Positions 26,101 through 38,726 of a stretch of DNA of 64,000 nucleotides are shown here, piece by piece. Under the pieces are notes generated by a model. That model saw nothing but the letters and a program-made list of their open reading frames with translations. It was not told the origin of the DNA and did not search any database. Origin of the DNA: Hormiphora californensis (lineage: Eukaryota > Animalia > Ctenophora); NCBI GenBank assembly GCA_020137815.1, contig CM035356.1, positions 5,828,001 to 5,892,000 of the forward strand, given 5' to 3'. A program made the translations under genes and the position numbers. Each line of letters opens with the position of its first letter. The stretch's first letter is position 1.

Positions 26101-28326
26101 TTTGTGTCTCCATCAGCTGAACTAGCAGATACCTTCACCGCCCGGGCTGCCTTTACAGGAGGGTGTTCCTTAGTAGGTTTTGTAGCAGCTGAGGGTGGAG
26201 TTGGTGGTTTTCCTGTTACACTCTTACCACTGTCCTTCTTCTTCCTCTTGACTGGTACCACGTCTCCCGCGGGAACAACCGTCTTCTCTCGGGTGGTAAG
26301 CGGAGGTTCCTCCTCCTTCCTCTCGGTAACGTCCGGACTCGTAGGAAGGCTGTGCGCTGATCCATCTGATCCAACGTGTACAAAGTTATCGGAGCTGGAG
26401 GAAGAGAGGGCACCAGCGGACACCATTGTCCAGTTACCCTTCTCTGGGCTATTAGGGATGACAATAGCTGAACTGTCGGTGCTGGCAGTAGTCGCTGAAC
26501 CGTCTGCTTCGGATGTGGTGCTAGCAGCAGTCGCTGGACCGTCTGCTTCTGATGTGGTACTAGCCGTAGCCGCTGGACCATCTCCATCTAAAACAGGCGG
26601 TTGTTCAGTCGAGCTATTATCGTTGATGGCTTCTTCCAGCTTTTCATTCAAAATAATGGAATCACCACTAGTGTTGTGTTTCAAACTGAAACTATCAGAT
26701 GTCTCTGTGTCGGTCCTAGGCTTCGTTCCCTCCACTTCCCCAGAATCTTCCATGTTTTTAGATTCTGTTGTAGCCTCATCACTAGAAATTTTCAGTGAGT
26801 TTTCTTCTTCTTTCGCAATTTTTGTCGGAGTCTTCTCCTCTTTAGGAGCTACTTCCCCGTTAGTCAATACCTCTTGTTTACTCTCCTGATCAACTACACT
26901 GCTTTTGGGAGCTTCCTCATTTATCTCTTGTTTCTCTTCCTGCTTTACTTCCTGTTTCTCTTCCTGTTTCACTTCCTGAATCTTCTCATCCGGTATTTTG
27001 GACTCAATGATCTCCACATCTTTTTCATCTGATTCTTCCACTGTATTTGATGTGCTATCAGGAATTGTCTCCACTACATGGTTGACTACTTCGCTCTCAA
27101 CATCTTTACCAATTTCAACTGGTTGTGAAGCTGGAACCTCAGGGGACTGTGACGTAGGTGCAGCCTCAATAAGCGGCAGAGTTTCCACAGGCGGAGATGA
27201 ATCCTCGGTAGGCTGTGGTTCAGGGGATGCCTTTTTAGTGTGAGATGCAGCTTTTTGTGGTGGCGGTGGAGATTTCTTTAGCTCGCTGGTTGTTGTACCC
27301 GGAGTGGGCACCTCCTGAGGTGGGTCTAACGTATCCAGCTTACTCTTAGGTTTATACCCATCATGTCCACTCTTCCTCGACCTGTGTCCCTTTCCACCGT
27401 AGCCCTTTTTCTGGTGACCACCAAACTCAGCAGCGGGAGGAGGGAAGGGTGGGAATTGTTGGAATTGACCCCCGGCACCACCACCCGGTGGAGGGGGTGG
27501 GAATCCCGGGGGAAACTGTTGATTGTACGGGATGAAGTTGACCACATTGGGATCGAGCATGGGCGGCGGATAGGGAGGACCGGGTACTTGGTACTGGTAC
27601 GGCTGAAAATAAGAGTTGTATAGATAACTAAATTTATAGATAACTTAATCAAGTTAATACGTTTCAAAGCGAGGAGTTTAATATTTTAAAGGGCAATCCT
27701 ACACCTACTGTACCTGTGGAGGAAGATATGGGTAATAGAACAGCTGTGGATCCCCATTAGGAGGGAATGGAAGGGAGGGTTGTTTGATCGCCGAAACAGG
27801 AACCTCCCACGCAACCGAGTTGGGCCGCTCAGCTGATGCTTCGTATGAGGCCTGGACCTCTATGTACTGGATAAGACCCTCGAACTCTTTAATCCGATTA
27901 TGTAAAACCATAATGGCTTCCTGATGGAAATATTATATGTGTTGGGTTACACTGATATATTTACTCGGTGTTCTATAACCCATTGTTTCTAACCATTATA
28001 TTAGTGGGGTAGGTGAAGTGAAGTTGGTTAAACCAAGTTGATTTTCTTACCTTACATTCCTCAATATCCCCATCTTGCTCACACATCGAGTAAATATACC
28101 CCACAGCACTGAAGAAGATTACAAGATTAAATCGATTAGAGACAGGATACTTGACAGAGGAGGTCGAAGACACAATGGAAAATAAATGTATAAATGAAAG
28201 AGACAACTATTCTGGTAATTATTACCGTTTCAAGTTATCGAATAAGAAGCGCCAGTTTTGTGACTTGGCATCGGTAGCGGTACCACGAGACGAGCGCTTC
28301 TGCTTTTGACAGGATTCATTGTTCAT
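14009..28326 (-). CDS. SCAPER: SCAPER (S-phase cyclin A-associated protein in the ER), 22 exons, ~1818 aa
   Basis: Exons (GT/AG, phases consistent): 28326-28226, 28108-28051, 27920-27714, 27602-24984, 22385-22149, 21420-21340, 20189-20070, 19895-19773, 19617-19483, 19262-19152, 19033-18842, 18683-18556, 18314-18139, 17118-17023, 16845-16714, 16511-16416, 15608-15475, 15242-15078, 14954-14805, 14703-14624, 14435-14324, 14212-14009. Diagnostic motifs: WRFLFDNLKRAVGYIYSMCE...RPNSVAWEV (SCAPER_N), LHQRLSSPSRR, KVNEIAFINSLEAQN, CSAC-x12-H-x4-H zinc finger, EGMSLELRH, LPFSYFSD, LFPTLISACY. Confidence 0.92.
15841..16414. repeat. 30/33-bp minisatellite, 18 units, each containing TGACGTCA
   Basis: Unit GGTGTCATGACGTCACCATGCTAAGTGGTGGTA. 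Begins immediately inside the SCAPER donor at 16415. Confidence 0.95.
17153..17978. mobile_element. 826-bp MITE with G-run termini and 8-bp TSD (superfamily uncertain: Merlin/MULE/Zisupton-like)
   Basis: TATCATCT|GGGGGGTGCGACATGTTAATT ... AATTAACATGTCGTCCCCCCC|TATCATCT, with TTAACAAA subterminal repeats. A second copy is at 49261-51633. Confidence 0.9.
19982..20044. mobile_element. Short CAGTCGGACCCCGATTTACCGG-family MITE remnant (others at ~39434-39478, 41748-41792, 46063-46134, 47460-47594, 55837-55896)
   Basis: Inverted CCCCGATTTACCG / CGGTAAAT...CCGACTG|TA ends. The 46063 and 47460 copies show TA|CAGT...ACTG|TA. Confidence 0.7.
21525..21574. promoter_or_regulatory. Pair of RFX X-box-like palindromes
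   Basis: GTTACCATGGTAAC (21525-21538, perfect palindrome) and TTTGCCATGGCAAC (21561-21574). Function not shown. Confidence 0.4.
21910..22148 (-). repeat. ~35-bp tandem array made of duplicated 5' splice sites
   Basis: Minus-strand unit GTGAGTACTAGGGGGACTGGGAGAGGGGCAGACTG, ~7 units, 5 with intact GTGAGT, starting at the real SCAPER donor (22148). Confidence 0.9.
23862..24648. repeat. 11-bp minisatellite (ACATTACTGTA)n, ~70 units, in a SCAPER intron
   Basis: Seen directly. Confidence 0.97.
24984..27602 (-). CDS. SCAPER: Giant (2619-nt, 873-codon) low-complexity exon 4 of SCAPER
   Basis: Corresponds to the 861-aa track ORF. TTTCAG acceptor at 27603 and GTGAGT donor at 24983, both phase 0. P-rich, then E/S/T-rich, then K/S-rich. 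Confidence 0.88.
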
Positions 28327-28638
28327 TCCTAAAATAATTTGAGGGTTATACTACAGTTATACTAATTATTCTCTAACAACATCTGTCATCTAATGCAAAT
28401 TTGACCGACATGTGACACCGTACCACAGTCATTTCGATGGCCAGTCAGTGGCACCAAGATCGCCATATCATTGGGAACCGAAGTGCAATGCAGTAGGGCC
28501 TGTTTGTCTTTTAAGACCTGCTGGCTACTTTTGCTTTGAAATTGGTATGTGCCGCTAGTATGGGGACTGCAGCATCTGCAAGAACTCTGACACAGTTGTT
28601 TCATTTGGTGAGGGAGAGAGAGAGAAAGAGAGAACTCC

Positions 28639-28692
28639 ATGACGAGGTGCGGGTCTCATGGTGGCTATGATTTGATTTTAACGACCGCTACG
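28639..28692 (+). CDS. Candidate first exon of the I/LWEQ gene (MTRCGSHGGYDLILTTAT)
   Basis: ATG followed by 18 open codons and a perfect GTGAGT donor, phase 0, compatible with the exon at 30379. No homology support. Confidence 0.35.
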
Positions 28693-29771
28693 GTGAGTTA
28701 CTGGGATACAGTAAGAAAGATGGAACTAGGCCTGATAAAACTTTACTCATATATTCAATACGCAGGTAATTCCTTGGTAGATTCTCACAGGGCTGACTAA
28801 AATGGGGCTACTGAACAGTTTAATAATGACTAGACAACCCGTCAAGTAGGCCTTACTACTAACCATCCCCGACCAACCCATGATCACATGCTCAATAGCG
28901 CCTCATGAACAATGCACTATCTTTACACAGAAACACAAAACACAGCGAATACGTATAGTAATCGAGAACCGCTTAGTACTGGTAATCTGTCATTACAATA
29001 AGTGAGTAGAGATCTCCCTTCAGACACTGCTCGGAATCTAATTGGACTTCACAAATGATAACAAACACTAAAATTTGGTTGATTTCGTTCCCCTGGAGCC
29101 CGGTTGTGGTGCTATGCTCCAATCCCCAAACCCCCTTATAAGCTGTATAAATACAGCTCTCTACATATCATGATATTTTGGGTACGATGTCCCCTCCCTA
29201 AACTTAGCACGCACGACATCGTGAGAGAGGACATGGTGTAGGAGGGAAAAGATGGGATATCATAACCAACATAATATTCAGTAGTTGTGAAAAAGTTGTG
29301 ATGTTTGAAAACTCATTTTCCAGCACAACCGATGAGATGAAATGACGAAATTAATGAAAAAACCACCTTGATATTGAGTTATTAAATGAGATAGGACAAG
29401 CGACAAAACACGAAAGAATGAGAAGCTGTAATACAGTACATAACAGTAAATAGAGTGGAAAGTGCATTAAAGAAGATCATCCGATCTTTTGAAATAGGAG
29501 CTCTAGGGAAAGAAAATAGTGGAACAGAAGGGGCATTATCCAAAATTAGGCGCTAAATAGATGAGGTGTGACAACGAACGAGAGAGAGATAGAGAGATAG
29601 AGGGGGAGAGAGATAGGAGTATGATTCATCGGCCCCCTTGTGAATGCAGGAGGGGGAACATGGTATCAATAAGAATTACAGGGGAAAGTTATAGCAAGGG
29701 ATCGTAGTGTGGTCACAGCTGTGAGATCTCCACGCTTTCCCATGCGCCCCCACAATAAAGAGTGAGAGAGA

Positions 29772-29824
<53 letters not shown>

Positions 29825-30011
29825 CACGCGAGATAGAGAGAGAGAAAGAGAGAGAGTCAGATAGTTGGTAAGTAGATTGAAAGAAGAGACAGCGGAAAAG
29901 TTGTAAGATTGAGAGAAAGAAAGGAGTGATTATAACAACATATTGCTATGTATACGGAATATGACCAGTGACCACCCAAGAATAGAAAACCTACCTCATT
30001 ACATTGTATAA

Positions 30012-30120
30012 CAGGAACCGACCGAATCAGGAAATACTGGTCCCTGATTGGCTAATAACCAGTCACGTGACCTAAATAACGAGTTTTGATTGGTTGTTTA
30101 CTTGTTTCGGTCGGTTCCTG
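30012..30120. mobile_element. 109-bp hAT-type MITE
   Basis: TIR CAGGAACCGACCGAA / TTCGGTCGGTTCCTG, TSD TTGTATAA. Confidence 0.92.
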
Positions 30121-30378
30121 TTGTATAATGTAATATATACCCACTCTCTGTACTCTATCAACTAGGTGAACGAAAGAGTTCTGAGTTAGTGTACCAGATA
30201 ATTAGATGAAAGATCTATGATCTGTCTGAAGTACATAACGTCATATTATCTGGACGAAGCACATAGCACGATAACATCTAGATGCATTGGCACTGGTTTT
30301 GTTAATCGTCAGCCATTCCTAACCCTAGTATATCCCAGAGATGCAAACCAAACCAGCTAATGTGTTACCATTTCTCAG

Positions 30379-32282
30379 GGGCTAACAGTTGAAGACAATC
30401 TCTCCGTGGTGGTAGAGGCAAGTATCCAACAGCTGTCGTCATCCCTACACGAGGTTGCGAAACAGTGTGCAAAGGAAGACACAAACATGGATAACATCGT
30501 GGATCAGGAAATGGCGGTGAGTACTCGGGATACAAACAAACCTTTGGAGTTCGACTTTAAATTTAAAACTTGTTAATATTTACAGGCAACAGCCAGTGCA
30601 GTGAACGAAGCAGCTGCAAGGATACAAGAGATGCAAAACAATAGTCGGCAGAAATACAGTGGTATCGAGTTAGAGGTAAGCGTTTAATGAAACTTCAGAA
30701 TATAATAGCTTTGTACCGAGAACAGTCCAATTAAATTGGATTGTGAGTTGTGTATTTGATTTGGCAATTCTAAGAATTTGGTATCTTGACAGTTGTAAGT
30801 TCAAGTTCAGATCTGACATGTACAAGTTTTATAAGAGCATCTTATCCCCCCCTCTTTATAGCGATATCATTCAGTTTTGGTAACTCATGAGTTAGCTCTG
30901 CTGAAGATAATTGGGATAGAGGGATTGTTGTGTGCATGTAGGCTGGTAGCGTGTAATGAATAATGATACATAATCTAGGTATCTTATATCTGCATGTAGG
31001 TATATGGAATTTCTAGCAGGAACCGACCGAATCAGGAAATACTGGTACCTGATTGGCTGATAACCAGTCATGTGACCTAAATAACGAGTTCTGATTGGTT
31101 GTTTACTTGTGTCGGTCGGTTCCTGATTTCTAGGTGTGTCAGTGTCCCCGAATCTATCTTAGAAAACAATGAAAAAGAGCAAGTTTTCCAACTGGATAGA
31201 GCACTCTCGCAAGATCCTTTTTCTACATCTTAGCTTAGTAAACATAACTATGTTTTTAAATATCCCTAATCCGCAGGTCAGTGAAAAGATCTTGGGTTCA
31301 TGTACCGATTTGATGAGCAGTGTGCGAGAGTTGATTATCTCTAGCGCTGCATTACAAAAGGAAATCGTCGTCGCCAGCCAGGTAATTAAATGTTTTAATT
31401 TTCTGATCTATTATGAAGCTCCTATATGTATCATCAAATTGACAATTTGACATGTATCTACTGACTTACACTTGACTTACACTTACACTTACAGAAACTG
31501 ACAGATGAAGGGATGAAAATCACAGGGAAAAAACGACACCGAGCTGAAAAACTAAATAAACAAACAACAAAAAAACTAAACAAAAAAACTAACTAACTTA
31601 AACAAACACAACTAACACTACAACTAACTAAAACAAACAAACAAACACCCAACAAACTAAACTAAACTAAACTAAACTAAACTACTTACTAAATCTAAAC
31701 TAAACTAACTAACTAAACTCTAAACTACTAAACTATCTAACTAATCATAATAACTCTTCTCTCTCCTATATGTTGCTTTCCCCACACCAGATATTCAAAG
31801 CCATTTAGCTCTCCTACGTCCTATCAACAGTGGTTCAGATCATTCCTCTCTGGTAGAGCAAGGGGGAAGGGAAACAAAAACCAAAATGGTCTCAAAATAA
31901 TCCTAGAGTAACATAATTTTCTAGAAGAGATAAAAGGGGAAACAGGAAAGAGAGAAAATAAGAACAACAGCCATCTTCAAAAAGAAAGTGAGGCAGCGCC
32001 AATATAAAGAAATATACTCTTTTAAAAAACGAAAAGATCTAGCGAGAGAAATCCATCTCTCTACTCTGAGCACTCGCCATCTCTCATACCGGCCCTACTC
32101 CCGTCTCTCTTCCTCTGCGTATCTCTCATCTATCTCTCTCTCTCTCCTCTCTCTCTCTCTCTTACTCCTCTCCCGCTCTCTCTCTCTCAGACCTGGCAAA
32201 CCCATCTTTCTCTCAAAAATTTTTCCTCTCCCACCCTCGTAGGCTTTCGCTAATCCTATCCATCCCTTACCCCCTCTCCTAT

Positions 32283-32343
<61 letters not shown>

Positions 32344-34480
32344 TTCCTCCTTCCTCTCTCTCCAACAGAACCTAGGCGGAAGTGCAACAGACTTCTACAA
32401 AAAACACAGTCGCTGGACAGAAGGTTTGTTGAGTGCTGCCAAGGCTGTTGGATGGGGAGCCCATACCCTGGTTGGGACAGCAGATGAGGTCGTCAGTGGG
32501 TCAGGGAAATTCGAACAACTTGAGGTAATAATGGTTAAATTGTTTAGTGTTCCCCCCCTTCCCCATGTTAATGTTTCGATGATAGTTACATATTATAGTT
32601 TCTATTTACTGTCGCTTAATTAATGTTTATTGAACGGGGGCGAAGGAATAAACACTGTTCAACACATTGATATATCCTGCAGTATCTATTGAACCCTGCA
32701 TATATTACGAGTGGTGGTGGTGGTGGTACAGATAGGTTATAGCGTGCCAAACTCTGCCCGTTAGGGCAGAACGACATTGCAACCTCGTCATAGCGTCTGT
32801 CATCGTGTTGTGGTCAGTTGATATCATTGCATTCTTATTGTCAGTCAGTCATTGTACTTGCAAGACACTTACGCAGCCCCCACGGTTAAAGGTCGGTTGC
32901 ACTCTTCGCATCTCCGCCCCGTGAGGACATTGCAGTTATCTTGCGAATAATCAAAAAGACAAGTTAGGGGGCAAATTTTCAAGCTTGGGTGTTCGTGCAG
33001 GTAGGCCTGTTCGTTTGTTTGTTACGACGACGGTCCGTCGAGTGGACACTTCTCAAGCTTGGGTCTGGGGTAGTCTGTCTTTAGTAGCTCTAAGTCTAAT
33101 TAAGTTATTGAATGGCGAGGTTTTACTCCAGTATCATTATCAATTGCACACAATGAATGAACAGACAATACGGACAGAACTTACAGCCTTTTGATTGATC
33201 ATTATCTCAGGGTTACCATGTGTTGTTATATTGGATTGAGCGTTGATGATGAATTGCTATTCGTATCATTCCGAATTACTCCGGGATTTTAAATTGTTGA
33301 TTCTTTATCCATCGCCGCCATTTCGACTAAATTGACGTATGGCGCGAGAATTAGGCATTCGCTCTGCTGCTATGCGCCGCGCTCCGCACAACCATGATTC
33401 CAAAAAAGGATAAGACCCGCCGACAAAAATGTTTTGTTTATTTGAGTGGGTGATATAAGACACGCCAGGTGTGTACCACTTTTAGGTTCCTTATGTGACC
33501 AATCGTGTCGGCTTGCTGTTTAAATAAAGGAAGAACGAGGTGAACTGTTGAAGACCGGGGATTAGAAAAGCGCTGCGTGTGGCACAGAACAGGGGCCTAT
33601 AGGGAGCAGCAGCCTGAAGCGTTTGCCAAGTGTTATGACCCCTTCATCTTAAATGTGAGATCTCTAAAATAAGATCCTGTTTGAGTACTGTTTGGTAGCG
33701 GTTCTTTTTCTGTCATAATTTCATGATCTCTTCGTCTTTTAATAGCTATCATTCTCAATAAATAGTTTTATTATATATATTACGAGTATTCAGTATTTGT
33801 CTTGTTAGAACATAACAACATTCAAAATGTCCAAAGTTAATACCACCCCCCCCCCCATAGTGCTCCTCAAAATCACTGCACTTGATATACCATTACACTT
33901 GGTAAACTTGATACTACCCCTTCCAGGTGACATCTCACGAGATAGCAGCTAGCACTGCCCAACTGGTGGCTGCCTCCCGGGTCAAAGCGGACAAGGATTC
34001 ACCCCATTTCGGCAAGGTTTGTAGCGCGCCAAGTCTCCCATCTGACCAAAGTACCCATAACTTCGCGCAATATTGAGCCGCACAGGGCCTCTAAACATCT
34101 CATCCCCTCTTCCCCGATCATCCAATTCCACACACAGGTAATTGGGGCCTCTAAATCGGTAGCAACTGCCACCGCTACAGTTGTTGCTGCCTCAAAACAG
34201 TGTATGAAGATGACCGAGGAAAGCAAGATAGTGGGCGTGGACTACAGCCAGCTATCCGCAGTACAGGTGATGCTCAATATAATAAATCACAACAATGATA
34301 TCTCTGGAGACTTTGTTGTTATGTCACGTGACACCGTGTTATTCTTAGGTTAAACGACTTGATATGGATATGCAAGTTAAGATATTGGAGTTGGAGAATC
34401 AGTTAACTGAGGAGAGGAAAAGATTAACGACGATGAGGAAAATGCACTATCATGGAGATGGTAATGAGGACGGAAGTTAG
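30379..34480 (+). CDS. HIP1: HIP1/HIP1R/Sla2-family C-terminal I/LWEQ (THATCH) actin-binding region, 7 exons, 279 aa
   Basis: Exons 30379-30516, 30586-30675, 31277-31381, 32369-32524, 33927-34016, 34138-34266, 34349-34480, all phase 0. Motifs [100 protein letters not shown]. Confidence 0.9.
31017..31125. mobile_element. 109-bp hAT-type MITE
   Basis: Same family, TSD ATTTCTAG. Confidence 0.92.
31550..31750. repeat. A/C-rich degenerate microsatellite (AAACT/AACT/AAAC)
   Basis: Seen directly. Confidence 0.85.
32720..33330 (-). mobile_element. Possible decayed 5' fragment of a CR1-type LINE (PHD-like ORF1 remnant)
   Basis: Minus-strand fragments read CEECNRPL... and [14 protein letters not shown], with stops and frameshifts, downstream of AAATGGCGGCG. 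Pattern only. Confidence 0.25.
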
Positions 34481-34511
34481 GGGGAGAGAGAGAGCGAGAG
34501 AGAGAGAGAGG

Positions 34512-34605
<94 letters not shown>

Positions 34606-36150
34606 AATCAGTGCTTGTCTTGCAACAAGAGATATACGTTGAATTTATTTTTGCATGATTTCACCCGTCACCTTTTAGAGTTTATCCATATCATATCTTA
34701 AACTGTTTTCACAACCTTTAATCCTACTGAATATACATCGACAGGTCGACGGGGCTAGGGATGCCGGACAGACAGACACAAGACACACCGACTAACTTTT
34801 ACTAGTGAATGTATGGGTCACGCCCAATGTTTTTAATAAAGTCATTCGGACACATGATGATATTGAATCCCGAACATATTTCGTAGCATATTTGCCAAAC
34901 AGTATGTCTATACTATATTGTCTACCATCATGCATTGGTGTTTGAAGTCATTTAACCAGTTTTTTTGGAAGTTCACCAATTTATTAGAGCCATCATTGTG
35001 AGAGTGAGCGTATAAATATGATTTGTATTTAAACACGGAATGATTATGTATGTGTGTCTAAACCATGGATTCTTAAAACTCCACAAACCAACGTGTTGTT
35101 GTTTTGTTTATTGCGGTACTTTCACTTCCACTTCCACTTTCAACCGGCGTGTTGTCTCGTGTTGTGCGCGCGGTGTGCTCCCATTCGTGTGTGCGTCGGG
35201 CGCGCGGCGCACCACAGATCAGGAGTACTTTCCACCGCACCGTCGGTAAAGTGAACACGCTGGTCAGAGTAGACCCCCTTAGACGGCACGCGCGGATATA
35301 GACCTGAGCGAGTGTGGAAAAGTTGAGGCGGAAAAAGGTGAAAGGATTGAGGTGTATTATGTTTACCACACACACAAACCGTGAGACAGTAGGGGCCTAG
35401 CTAAGTTTTGGTAATGAAATTCCCCCTCTGCGCTAGCTCACAGAGGGGTAATAATATCGCTTGTACGGCGGGAAAAAAATTCCTGTGTCCAAACTACAAA
35501 ACAGAAAGTTCTAATTTTTTGAACATACCGAGGAAATTGTCTGAGCTACCATTACATACCGGAATTTTTCGATATTTTGGCGATTAACACTGTTTTTGTT
35601 TTTGGAAAACTATGAAGATGCTGGAATTTGGCTACAAAAACCTTCAGAAATGTGCAAAATGCCATTCCAAAGGTATTAGAGGTGGATTCATTGATAACTA
35701 AGCTATAGTCGAGTCAGAAAAAATTCCACAAGATTGGAATTTTATGCCCATATAAGGAGTTATGCGACACACCTCTGTTGTTAAACATGTGGTGTAATCG
35801 CTACCGGTCGTTACTTTCTGTAGAATTCAGGTCCTGGTTACTATACAAACTAGTACCATACGTTTTAGATAGGTTTTAGACAAGTTTTCGATAACTTTTT
35901 ATGAGAAGGTCCCGTAAATTTTCATTTTTAGGTAGGCGGTATTGTCACCCCTATATGCAATAATAGGGGTGACTTCGTAACCAAAGCTAAGTTAGGCGAG
36001 AGAACGATTGATCAAATGTGTAGTTGAGATTTTTCCTAGAAAATGTAGAAAGTTGAGCACATTTCTCAGTAACAAAATAAAACACGACATCTTTTTTTAA
36101 AGGGCCAGACACGAACAATAGTAGTAACAAATGTGTGGATGTGTTGCGTA

Positions 36151-36266
36151 CAGGGTGTTCCCAGAGAGATAACGACACGCGAAGATCAAAAAAGGGGGAA
36201 ATAAAGTTACCAATCTCAACACCCTCTCAAACTACAGCATGGCATGGTTTTTTCTGGGACACCCCG
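36151..36266. mobile_element. Short Tc1/mariner-type MITE
   Basis: TA|CAGGGTGTTCCCAGA ... TCTGGGACACCCCG|TA. Confidence 0.7.
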
Positions 36267-36569
36267 TACCATAAGTGTGCATCAATATGGAGTGTGTGTG
36301 CTTCATATTTATCTGTCCATTCATAGAATTCTTCTAAAATACGTGTGCTTGTGTGAGCGTGTGTATGTGTGTTTTTTCTTTTTCTCACCCTTAAACGGTG
36401 CAGTATTCTTTTCTTGAATAATTATATATAATTATATAGAGGGGGAAATGATGTGTACATATTATATGTTCGGTTGCAGTTTTATATATATTTGTATATA
36501 AGGTGCACGATATATCATATTAGCGGTACTGACGAAGTGATTGGCCCTCGTGTGTGTAGGGTCCCCCGG

Positions 36570-36685
36570 AAGGGGTTCACGCCCATGGCAACCGCTCTTA
36601 TCAAATCAAGGGGTTCACGCCCATGGCAACCGCTCTTATCAAATCAAGGGGTTCACGCCCATGGCAACCGCTCTTATCAAATCAA
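36570..36685. repeat. 38-bp tandem repeat x3
   Basis: AAGGGGTTCACGCCCATGGCAACCGCTCTTATCAAATC repeated three times. Confidence 0.9.
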
Positions 36686-36861
36686 AAAACGATCTCCATT
36701 GCATGCACATCGTTAAATCTTTCATCTTATTGTCTATATGTGCAACTGTATATCAGGGAGGTATTAGAACTAACATATTATGATCAGGGTATCATCATCT
36801 AAATTACATATTTTAGCTCTCTATCTGTAGGGGGCAGGGCCTCATTAATATAGGTAGATAA

Positions 36862-36970
36862 CAGGAACCGACCGAAACAAGTAAACAACCAATCAGAACT
36901 CGTTATTTAGGTCACGTGACTGGTTATCAGCCAATCAGGGACCAGTATTCCCTGATTCGGTCGGTTCCTG
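36862..36970. mobile_element. 109-bp hAT-type MITE
   Basis: Same family in opposite orientation, TSD GTAGATAA. Confidence 0.92.
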
Positions 36971-37685
36971 GTAGATAAATATCATTTCAATTGGTCGCCA
37001 GAGATACCGCTCTGCGTATTATGTTCTAATTTGTTATTACTAGTAAAAAAGAGTGTACGTGCCAATAAGATGCGCTGACAAGGTGGCCATATATTTCACT
37101 TATATCGTAAAACCACGGGACCAAAATTCACACAAATGCCATCATCTCACACGCGGCAAAACAAAATACACCTCTTTTATATATTCGCTCAGTCTGGATA
37201 TATATATATCGCTACAGCCACCTCACTATAAAAATGTTCGTATCGTGTCTCATTATAAGAGAGAGAGTTATACTGGGCACCTTTATTGTAACTGCATGAT
37301 GGGAGCCGGTTGGAGCGTGTGGGTGTGGATGGTGTAGACAGAGGGAGATATAACTGTGTCCCCTGGCGCCCTCACCTACCCCCCTCGGACAGTGTAGGGC
37401 ATGGATAGGTGGGTCTAGGACAAGCTAAGTAAAGTCGGATAGTAGAAAATATATCACACACGATCAGGGGTGACAATTTCAAAACATATATCCGACTTTA
37501 TCATCCACAGATCTACACACATCTACACGCACACACACCTCAGCAACTCTATCACAAGCAGGTTCTACGATGCCAATTTACCATCTGTAAACAAAGCGTG
37601 CCTTTTTCTTGGAAAACATCAAATGCGTTAAAAACGTTTTATATATATTTATATATAGAGGGAGAGAGATAGAGAGATAGAATGG

Positions 37686-37717
<32 letters not shown>

Positions 37718-37854
37718 TAAAGCCGAATATAAAATAGGGCACGTATAATATACTCTTCGTGACATGTATTATTATGTGTATTTTAATTCCAATTGCAATA
37801 TGTATAGGTGTGATCTGTAAGCTTGCAATATATAGTAGGTGTGATCAGTGTGAA

Positions 37855-37965
37855 ATCACACACACACCCTTTTCTTTTACACATGTATAATCGGACACAC
37901 GGGCAAATTAAGATCGGTTATAAATCAAGGTAGACATGTGTAAAAAGAAAAGGGTTGTGTGTGAT
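37855..37965. repeat. Imperfect inverted repeat (MITE-like hairpin)
   Basis: CACACACCCTTTTCTTTTACACATGT ... ACATGTGTAAAAAGAAAAGGGTTGTGTGTG. Confidence 0.65.
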
Positions 37966-38606
37966 CTCTACTTCTTATACAACACGAACAGTGGGGAAAT
38001 ATTATTATGTCCTAGGTTTGAGATATATAATTAATTAAAGAAGCTATTTGTAATTTGCAGGTATCGTTCAGATATATCACTCACTTCACTTTGTTCGAAT
38101 CTGTAAGATAAGTGCGAACGGTATATCTATGATATATATCAAACATATCACTAGTCTACTTTTTCGATTTATTTTTCATTTTTATCTCCAAAAACATCTC
38201 AGGGGGTTTACTGCAGATAGAGATGTGTGCAGCACGCCATGTTATATAATTTACTCCTTCAAAATAATGAAAACCACACGAGAAATACTTTCAGGCATCA
38301 CGAGCAGTAGAAACTATAATATGTAATTATATTTTTATAGAATTTGCGTGCCACAGAGATAATTTAATATGGATACGGAGGAGAGACAGAAACAGACAGA
38401 GAAATGGAAAGACAGATAAAGATTTAAGGGATGATTTGAAAGGAATCTATAGTCTGTTAGAACATTGATCGATCGGGGGAGGAGAGGATATTATTGGATA
38501 ATATTGGAAGAAAAAATTGGAAGAAAAAATTGGCTCTCCCCTCTTTCTATCGCTGTGTCTATCTCTATCCCTCTCTCTAATCTCTATCTCTAACCCTCTT
38601 TTATTA

Positions 38607-38726
38607 GGGGCAGTACACAAAAAATAAAATAAAAGGTTAAAATTTTAATTTTTTCAGCGGTTCATATTTCTGCTGCTGAAAAAATTAAAGTTTTTAATTT
38701 TAATTTTATTTGATGTGTACTGCCTC
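38607..38726. mobile_element. Palindromic MITE, PIF/Harbinger-like ends
   Basis: TTA|GGGGCAGTACACA ... TGTGTACTGCCTC|TAA with near-palindromic interior (AATTTTTTCAGC / GCTGAAAAAATT). Confidence 0.6.

Noticed and set aside
25039-27243. Plus-strand ORFs of 275, 261 and 81 aa
   Set aside because: Antisense shadows of the giant SCAPER exon.
34740-35990. Possible Helitron/Helentron-like element (hairpins at ~35422 and ~35944)
   Set aside because: Termini could not be defined and there is no second copy in the window.
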